The translations under genes and the position numbers were made by a program. The notes under the pieces are model-generated. The model ran no database searches and was not told the DNA's origin. It saw only the letters and a program-made list of their open reading frames with translations. A stretch of 60,290 nt of DNA, the filler included, from Streblomastix strix (Eukaryota), in assembly GCA_008636045.1 (NCBI GenBank). It is 3 parts of 3 records of this genome, joined end to end, with 100 filler letters (N's around TTAATTAATTAA, not from the genome) between each part and the next. Parts side by side here need not be neighbours in the genome. Positions count along the whole stretch, not along the records: positions 40,281 to 60,290 come from SNRW01000467.1; 2 more parts are not named here. One strand, given 5' to 3'. Shown piece by piece: positions 50,601-60,290 of the stretch (positions within the stretch are counted from its first letter, which is position 1; each line of letters opens with the position of its first letter).

Positions 50601-51511
50601 TGGTTAATTCAAATGAAAATGTTAATAAGGATTTAATTTAAAGGGAGAATAATCAGAATTAGAAAACAGCACATTCCATATTAAGTGAGATGGAGGCAGT
50701 AAAAGATAAAGTAGAAGTGAAAGGAGAATAATAAGAATAATCCAATGAATAATAGAATGAACATGATAAAGATAAAGATAAAGATAATGCTAAGACTTAA
50801 AGCAGTGTGAATAATAACAAAATTATAAGTAAGAAGTAACTAATAGAATAAGGAGATATAGAAGAAGCAGATTGGAGAATATTGGATGAGATATTTGAAC
50901 AGGTATGAAATAATATATTATTAATATATTGAATAGATAACATTTTCATTTATTGTCTATTTCTATTTTATTCTTTTATTTTACGATTCATAATATTATT
51001 TTATTTTCTTTTATTTTCTTTTATTTTAGGATATAGTCGCTGTTAAATAATAATAATAGTTAGAATAAGAAAAAGAATAATAATTAAAATAGTAACTAAA
51101 ATTAAAACAATAATAAGAATAAAATACTTATAAAATTTAATAATCACAGAAATTTTTTAGCAAAATAACTAAATTAAATTCTGACTAAGGTTCCTCAATT
51201 AATTCAAGCTAAATTAGAGGATCTGCATTAATGATGCCATAAACTAATTAATAACAACAATATATATATAGTCAATCACATTCTCCAATTCCTTCATAAG
51301 AATAATAAATGAATCGAACTCCATCTCCATCTTTATTAGGATCATAATATGAACAATAACAGAAATAGTAATAAGTATTATTTGGAGGATCTTTGCGTAG
51401 TCCCCATATTTTACCTTTAAATTAATAAGAGTCAATGAAACAGACTTTCTCCCCATAAATATAACAGCCTCGTTCATTAACTCCAACTCTTTCTCCAGTT
51501 CTTTCTTCTTC

Positions 51512-51547
<36 letters not shown>

Positions 51548-54500
51548 TCTATCTCCTAAATCTAAATAATTATAATCTATATCTCCAAAACCAACTCTTA
51601 TTACATCTCCAATTCCTCTCTCTTCCTCATAAATACAATCTCAGCATCTTAATTCATAATATTAGATCTCATCTTCTCCTTAGACTCTATTTGGTAACAG
51701 TCTTCTTTCTCCATCCAATTAATAGTAGTAAAACAAATAAAGAACTGAACAGATATAATCTCATTAATAATAATAATAATAATAACAAAATAATTCCTCT
51801 TTACCTTCAATGTCTCCACAACCATCAATTTCCCCATAACTTTCTCCATCTCATTCTCCAGTTAATAATATGAATGTAATCCAAGTTAGTTAATTAGATA
51901 CAGTAACTAATATATTCAGAGATGCATGGACTGAGTCAGTATAATGTGAAGAGTGTTATCCAGATGGTTGGCAATAAATAGACAAATAAATGAGAGATAA
52001 GGAGAATGAAGAGAAAGATGAGAGATTAAGAATATAGAAAGAAAGAAGGAAATTAATTCAATAGAGGGATGTTAGTTCTATTATTAAATAGAAAGATAAA
52101 TTTAGAGATATATATGAAGGTGAATTATTGAGTGTTGAAGATCTTGAGTAAAGAATTGAATAATAAAAAGAATAATAATATAATTTAGAAAATGAAAGGA
52201 ATAAATATAAAGAAGGTGAAGAAAAGTGGAATAAATATAATGACAAAACAGATCCAATACTAATTGATAATAAATACGAAGATTTAGATGAAATTAAATT
52301 GTATTCAAAGTTAGGAATGAAAGTTGAATATAAAGAATAGAGAATAGAAGTTGAGTAAAAAATAGAAAAAATAGAGAAATATGAAATGGACAATGTTACT
52401 GGATAATGGAAATTGATGAATTAAGAAGAGAAAGTGAATGTGTAAGATAAAGAGAATAATGAAGATATTGATGTAGAATAGGAGAAAGAAAGATTAAAAG
52501 AAAGAGAAAGAATAAAGAACGAATTATTAGATAAAAAAACGATGAAATAAATATAAGTTATATAAAATATTGAAGATTTAGCTGCTGAGTTGGGAGTACC
52601 TAGTTCTAAATTCTAGATTAACAGTCCTTTGAAAACTGAAATGAATTAGAATATAGATTAATCTCCAATTGTTGTGTTAAAAGATGGCAATCCAATAGTA
52701 AGAATTGATGATGCTGATAATAGTATTGATTAATAAAAATAAGGTATAAATAAATAAAAGGACAATTAATAGAAATGGAAAATATAGTAAAAATAAAGTG
52801 AATAATTATTAGAACCAAAAGACTAAATAAAATAAAGTTAATAAAAGGAAATAAGAAGTGAAATAAAAGAATAATAAATGACCCCTTCAAAATAATAATA
52901 ACTTCCACTTTCACCATCTTCTTCATCACTTAAACATAATCAATCATAATCATAAAGGTTTCAATTCAATAATTCATCACAAGGCTAACAGGCAAATAAC
53001 TAAATGAATTAAGATTCAAAAAACAAACTCATTCCTTCAACATCCTAAACATTAAGATCTCAATCTCCTCATGCTTTATAACCTCATGAAATAGCAATAT
53101 CTCATTCAAAGGCTTCATTGCATCATCCTAATCCATAAGTCACCCCTCTTAAATTGAATGATACAAGTAAAGGAAAAGAAATGGATAGTAGATTTAAGGA
53201 TATTGATAAATAGTTATCTTATGATAACAGATCATAAGAATCATCAAGAGAAGGAGGAAATGACAGCAAAAGAGACAAAGAGGATAAAGATAAACATAAA
53301 AACAAGGATAAGGATAAAGAAAAGGAAAAGGAAAATGATAAAAAGAAAGAAAAAGATAAAATAAAAGAAAAAGAAAAAGACAAGAAAACTGAGAAAGATG
53401 TTGAAAAAGAAAGAAAGAAAGAAGTAAAATAAAAGAAAGAGAAAGAAATAGAAAAGGAGAAGAAGGATAAAAGAGATAAAGAAAGAAAAGATAAGGAAGA
53501 TAAAGAAAAGAAAGAAAAAGAAGAAAAAGAGAAATAAGAGTAGAAATAAAGGGAGAAAGAAAGAAAAGAAAAAGAAGATAAAGAAAAAGAAAGAGAAAAG
53601 ATTAGAGAATAAGAAAGAATAAAAGAATAAGAAAGATTTAAAGAATAAGAAGTGATAAGAGAATAGGATAGAATAAAAGTATAATAAAGAATTAGAGAAT
53701 AAGAAAAAGAACTTGAAAGAGAAAGATAGATGTAGAAAGATAAAGGTAAAAGTAAAGGACTATTCTCAACTATTCTATCAAAGACATTTAATTGGGGAAA
53801 TAAATAGAATCAAGATTTATAGAAGAATAAGGATAAATAAAAGGATATTGAAATTGAGAAAGAAAGAAAGGCTAAATTAGAAAAAGAAAAAATTGAATTA
53901 TAAATACTTGAATAATAAATACTTGAATAAGAAAGAATATATAAAGAGAAATTAGAGAAAGAAAGAATTGAACAAGAAAGAATAGAAAAGGAAAAGAAGG
54001 AATAATAAGAAAAAGAAAGAATTAAAAAAGAAAGAATTGAATAAGAAAGGATTAAATGGGGATAATTAGAGAAAGAGAAGTAAGAATAAGCAAAATAATA
54101 ACTTAATAGATAAGCAAGATCTACAAATGCAACTAATAGCGATAAAAATAATCAAAAAGATCTTGAATTATAAAGGAAAAAAGAACTCAGAAAGAAATTA
54201 ATGAATTATAAAGCATAGGAGCATGAAAATGACACTGATAAAGATCTTTGGAATGATGATGAGGATGAATTCTGGAATGAAGACAAGGATGACGAGAATA
54301 AAGTAGATATCAATGCCAAAATCAATGTTATATACACATATAAAGTGAATGATATGAATAACAATATTCTCACAGACAGAACAAGCAAAACTAATCTGAG
54401 CAAGAGTGATGATGATGATGAAGAAGTAGCAGTAGATGAAGAGATAGAATAATTTAGTGAGGACAGTGACTATGAAAATGTAATTGCTGAAGATGAAAAA

Positions 54501-57500
54501 GATGAAATTGATAATGATTCTCAATAGAATAAAAGTGATGATGACGAGGATACTGTTTTGTTAGCTAGTTCTGATGATGAAGTTGAAAATAAAAAAGTGG
54601 AAAAAGAAGCTAAGAATATTAAAATTAGTAAGAAAAAGAAAACTATAAATAAATAGAAAGAAAATAAAAAAGAAAAGAATTTAAGCTAATAAATTGCGAA
54701 AGATTAAGACAAAGGCAAAATTGAAGACGAAGATTCAGCAATGCTCGTTGGATCAGAAGATGAGCTTGAAAATAAGAACAAGAAAGAAATAGATAAGAAA
54801 TTAAATAATAAATAAAAATTTGATTTAATTGAAGATGAAGATTCAGCTTTACTTGTTGATTCAGATGATGAAAATGAAAAGAAATAAGAAAATAATTAAA
54901 AAACGAAAATTGTAGGTAAAGAGAATATGTAAAATAAAACTATAAATAAAGATGTTATTGAAGATGAAGATTCAGCTTTACTGGTTGATTCAGATGATGA
55001 AAATGAAAAGAAAAATAATAAATCAACATAGAAATAATAATCCAATAAAGATAATAAGTTGAATAAGGAAAATAATGAAGATGAATAATAAGAAAAAATC
55101 AAAGATGAAGATTCTGCTTCACTTGCATCAGTTTCATTAGCTTCAAGTCTTTCATCTGTTAGTTTATAATCAACAAAAGAAATTCCATCTCCATTAAACA
55201 CACCTCATAATTAATTAAATACACCAAAACGAAAATAGAAAAATAAAAAATAAAAAAATACAAAGGATAAAAATAATAAGAATTAAAATGAGAATAAATA
55301 AGATGCAAATATAAAGAATGATGATAATAAAGATATTGATACCAATGACATTGTTGAAGATGAAAATTATAAAATGTTATTGTAATAATAACAAAAATAC
55401 TAAGAATAATAAAAGAAAGAAAGATAGTAAATGTAGGATAAAAGATCAATATTATCTACTCTAGAATCTTCAAATATTGAGTTTGATAAGGATAATAAGA
55501 GTAATATAGGAAAACTTGAAGCAAAAGAGAAGTTAAAGGAAAAAGAACAAACAACATCAGATATTATTCATAATGATAATGAAAGAGAGTCACCTTCATC
55601 TTCTTCCATACCATCTTCATCAACTCATATTCCATCTTCACTCATATCAAGTGATAGTAGTAGTAATAGTAGTAATAATGCCAATACTGAAAAAAAATTA
55701 TTTAATTAATTTGGTGATCTTTCTTTCTAATCACTCACTACTACATAAATAAACAATGAAATTAAATCACATTCCCCATCAATACTTTAGAATAGCTAAC
55801 GTAATAGATCAAATACCGATTCAATAGTGGATAGCCCATCTTTAGGATAATCTTCTTCATCTGAATAATAGAAATAAAAGGATTAAGTTCATAAATCATT
55901 ATCATCATCACAACTCAATCCTCATTCTAAATCTCCTTATTCTCCAACATCTAAATCTCCAACATCTAAATCTCCATCTATTAAATCTCCTTCTTAATAA
56001 TCAAGTCTCAATAAAAGATTTGAAGTTCAACCTTCTTAATAATAATAATCAATAACTCCTCCTTCAAGTTATTTCTCAGATCCAATTAAATCTCCAATAA
56101 CTCCATCACGCACAGCTCCTATATATAACAATAGGATAAATAAATAAGAGATTGACTCTAATATTAATAATAAGTCAGTTACAGATAATATTAAGAAACC
56201 AATTCCTGTAAATAATTAATCTATTTTCTCTCCCACTTCACTTGTTGATCAAACAAATACAATATAACCTTCTTCTTCTAAACAAGTTAGATATAACAAT
56301 TATTAATCTCCGTAATCATCTAATTCCCCTCAATTATTGACATCTAAATCTCCTTCACTATAATAGAAGAATAGATCTCCCCATCGCTATAGTTCCACTA
56401 AATCTCCAATGCGTAGTCCATAAGCATAATCAAATAAATAACCATTTCCTCTAATGAGTGCTACTCTTCCTTCTTCAAATCAAAGAAATATTGTAAATAT
56501 ATCAAATAACTAAATTGCATCTAGAAATGGTTCATTGAGAGATGTTTCACCATTTAATAGTAATCCTGCTACTGGATAAGAACAAACAAATAATAATTAG
56601 GGTGTTGAAATATTGGAACCTATTCGTGAAATTGAAAATGATACTTTGAAAGAAGAGGAAATTGATAATTAGAAGAATTAATCAGATAATTCAATATTTT
56701 AATAATAGAATTAATAAGATTAAGCACCACAATAATTATATTAATAAAATAGTCTGTATAAAAAAGGAATCAGGAAAACAAATAGAAATATAAATGTGAG
56801 ATGGAGTATGAATATCAATAAAAAAGAAGAATAAGAACAAGAATAAGAATCTCCTTTATTTGCTAATAATGACAAATATCAGAACAGCAGAACAAGAGAG
56901 AAAAGGAATACAAGTGAAAGTCCAGTTCCTGTTCCTTTTTCTCCAAATTAATAATAATAATAGTAATAATAAAAGAAAGACATTAAATAATATCATACAA
57001 AAAGTTATCATATAGTTAAGAGAGGGTTTATTGTGTAAAGAAGACCAGTTCCAATATATAGTTATCCAGTTATTATATAACCATTATTATTAAAATATAC
57101 TTCATAAACATCTTAATCAAAATCAATAACCAGATCTCATTCATCATTATTATCTATATAGCCATATTAGTAATCATCTAATATTTCATAACATTTATAA
57201 CCTTTTGTTTAGAATTAATAGTAAATTTTAATTATCTCTTCATAATTGTAATCATAATCAAATATTAGCTTTAATTTTTCATAACCAACTTTAATTTAAT
57301 AAAACACATCACAATTTTCTTCTTCATAATCTAAACCACAATTTCAATCATTACAACAATAGCAAGAAAAACAGCCGTAATAAAAAGTCATACTGAAATA
57401 ATCACCACAAGTTCTTCTTCGTAAACACAAAGCACTTCTTAAACTGAAACATTCTGGGTTTGTGCCAACACTCAAATTCCATAACATATCATATTCAGAG

Positions 57501-60290
57501 ACATGTGGAGTTCGGCCATCAATGGAAGATGCAGTTCTTATGATACCAGTTGGAGGATGGGACATTGCAAGGTTAATAAATGATGGGGAATTGGGGATAG
57601 TTAAGAGATTGTTGAAGCTCCCAAATGAATACAGATTCACAAGAGCTGGAATTGCTGCATTTGAGAAGAGAGAAGAGGAATTGTGGAATAAGAAGATGAT
57701 TAAGAAGTAATTAGAAAGAGAGAAATAGAGGGAAATTCAGAAGGAAAGAGATCAGGAGAAGGATAAACTGAGTAAGATGTTTAATACTTAATAGAATCAA
57801 TCTTAAAATACTTTGAGTAGAAATAATAGCAGAAGTAGTATTGAAAAAGATAAGGATGAAGAATTATTTGTTAGTAAACCTGCGCTTAGCAGAAATAACA
57901 CATTATACAATAAATATTAAAAAGCATATGAACTTTAAAATAGCAGTAGCAATATCTTATAACAATCATCTTCATAATAATCGTTATAATCATTACATTC
58001 TGTATAATCTATATAATAATTTGAATAATCACATCTTCAGTAATAATAATATCAATGCCCATATAAAGTATCTGGATTAAGAGGGTGTGGAATATATGGA
58101 ATATTTGATGGGCATCGAGGTCCACAAGCAGCTGTATTCTTATCTGCTCATTATATTGAGTCATTTATTATATGCGCAGTTACCAGATTGAAGCATAAAT
58201 AGTATTTGAAGAAAGTAAAAGAAAGAGAGAAAGAATAAGAAAAAAGAATGAATAGTCTTCATAGAAACAGAAATACATTGAAAGTGGGATCATTTGGAGG
58301 AAGTACATAGAATACAAATAAGAATTAAGTATTAATGGATAATTATGCGTAAAGTTTGAATAAAGATTAATAGAAAAGCTAATTAAAATAATTCTCCCAA
58401 TAATAACAACAATAATAATTCCGCTCATTATCCCCAACTTCAAGTACAATTGAATAAATTGCATACATGAATATGAGAGGTGGTAGCAAATCTCCAGTAA
58501 TGCCATTATAATAAACATAACAATAAACACAATAAGAAAAAGAGTTCAAACTTCCAAGTTACATATCTTCATTTCCAGGAGATGAACAGCTGCCATTGTT
58601 GACACTAATAATGAGAGATACATTTGAGCATTTAACTCAGAAAATGAAATCTTTGTCAGTTGTTGATGGATCATGTGCTCTTGTTTGTGTTGTAACTCCA
58701 GATAAAGTATTCACAGCGAGTATTGGCGATTGTAGAGCGGTTCTTATATCTAGATTTAATCATGCTTCCATAATATAGGAATAAATTAAAATGAAATAAA
58801 ACATATAATAAGACAAATAGAATATAAATGCTTCTACTCTCAATAAATCTTCAAACATATCATCAACTTCTGAATTAAAACCAAATTAGTAATAAACTTA
58901 ACCATCTCGATCGTAATCTTAATCTCAAACAGTAAATACTTCAGATATAACCATTTTAAGTGCATAATAATAATCCCAATAATAGTAATAATCTAAACCA
59001 TTATAGTAACCTCCAAAAACAGCTTAATAATAACTCACTGAAATACTCCGTAATATAAAATCTTATTTCAAGTAATCTCCACCTGATGCTCCATCATCAC
59101 AAATAAGATATCCACTATATCCAACATATTCAACATCAGTAATAACTGGATGTGCATTGACTATTGATCATAAACCACATCTTGCAAGAGAGATTAAATA
59201 TATTAGATCTGTAGATGGATATGTTTCATTAGAGAAAAGGGTCAATGGTATTCTTGCTGTATCAAGAGCTATGGGAGATTTCGCTCATTATCCTCAAGTA
59301 TGTTGTGAACCTGATTTATATGCAATGCCTATTAAGAGATGGAAAGGTATATATTATGATGAAATTAATAATAGTGTTGTATCTCAATAGGAATATAAAT
59401 AAGATAAGGTTAAATAAGATACTTAAGGTTTGTAAATATAAAATAGTGAAAAAAGTATTAACATATAATAAAGTAATATTACATAATAAGAATAATAAAT
59501 CGAGCCTTGGATTGCATCATTTGACGATGATGATGATAATGATGACTCTTACAATAATTATATTAAATATTTATATAGGAATTATAGTAACTTCAAAGAA
59601 TAAGATTACACATTGAGAAATACAATACGATCAAAATTAAATATTGATGGATAATAACCATAATAAGATTCAATCCATCCAAAGCAACCAATGACATAAT
59701 CTGAAATATAATAATAATCATCTTCACAATTATAATTATAACCAGTTAATTAAAGACCAATCCAGCATTAAAGAGCGCAATCAATATCAATTATATCTGA
59801 AATAGAGTAATAATTAAATTACTCAAATCCAAATGCACTCTCAGCCCCAGATTCACCTCAATTCTCTCCATTTCCTCCTTCATTACAATTCCCATTGAGT
59901 ATAAATATACCAAAACCTACATCATAAGGAATTAAATATGGTCCATTTGATTGTTCATTATCTCCACAGTTGGATGAATTTCTATAACCTCCTGTTCCTT
60001 TTCCTGCTCATTTACATGAAAATATTGAGAGATAAGAGTATATTGATAAACGCGAGATTGGAGGAATAACACCTTTGTAACTATCAACTGCATTATGGTA
60101 TAGGGAAGATGTAGCATTAGTTATGGCATGTGATGGACTATTTGATGTATTTGATAACTAATTAATAGCTGAGATTGCATGTCCTTGGATGGCAAAGGAT
60201 AATAGTGATGTATTTGATGATCCTGTATTTGATGATAGCAGTGATGATGAATAATAGAGTAAAGATATAAAGACTACAAAAGGAAGAATA
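41669..60290 (+). CDS. Giant LRR + PP2C (PPM) phosphatase, PHLPP/adenylyl-cyclase-type architecture; runs off the window end
   Basis: ATG 41669; LRRs over many short introns (LTLLNLSLNILDNI, VQTLLLGQNRLKEIPESL, LRTLMLTHNSIQQFP, LTKLSLAYNRIKQIPP, LNRFDISSNRLKDIS, LTYLDISFNRIG). PP2C motifs in one frame of the exon starting at 51030: SETCGVRPSMEDAV (~57500), GIFDGHRG (~58105), DGSCALV and IGDCRAVL (~58665-58745), LTIDHKP and LAVSRAMGD (~59157-59280), LVMACDGLFDV (~60120-60150). Confidence 0.85.
54540..55130 (+). repeat. Coding repeat of an acidic motif (I)EDEDSA(L/M)LVxSDDE, about five degenerate copies
   Basis: gaagatgaagattcagctttact.gttgattcagatgatgaaaatgaaaagaaa at ~54831 and ~54960, with related copies at ~54545, ~54722 and ~55103. 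Confidence 0.7.

Noticed and set aside
47416..55449. Minus-strand hydrophobic Ser/Leu/Phe-rich ORFs in the supplied track
   Set aside because: Antisense shadows of the Glu/Lys/Asp-rich plus-strand exons of the LRR-PP2C gene.

Overview
AT-rich eukaryotic (protist) DNA made of three contigs joined by artificial 100-nt N/TTAATTAATTAA/N linkers (20044-20143, 40181-40280). Genes only read sensibly with TAA/TAG = Gln and TGA as the sole stop (translation table 6), and they carry short AT-rich GT-AG introns, so the supplied standard-code ORF track mostly shows fragments or antisense shadows. The code, intron style and repeat content suggest an oxymonad such as Streblomastix; this is inference, not verified. 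Contig 1 is a mosaic of decayed mobile DNA (two DIRS tyrosine-recombinase pieces, a truncated protein-primed DNA polymerase B, a Helitron Rep/PIF1 helicase) around an intron-rich kinase and low-complexity host genes. Contig 2 has a membrane-protein gene, an intron-containing FrnE/DsbA oxidoreductase and a ~12 kb Polinton/Maverick-like endogenous virus segment, followed by an internally deleted sister copy. That segment encodes a pPolB with putative OTU-protease and HNH-like domains, an rve integrase, an HNH endonuclease, an AT-hook protein and a ~950-codon phage-tail-fibre-like repeat protein; three same-orientation copies of its terminus are present. Contig 3 holds the eRF1 methyltransferase N6AMT1/MTQ2 head-to-head with a >18.6 kb LRR-PP2C (PHLPP-like) gene whose catalytic motifs are separated by long Gln/Ser-rich inserts. 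All translations were done by eye, so the boundaries of decayed elements are approximate.
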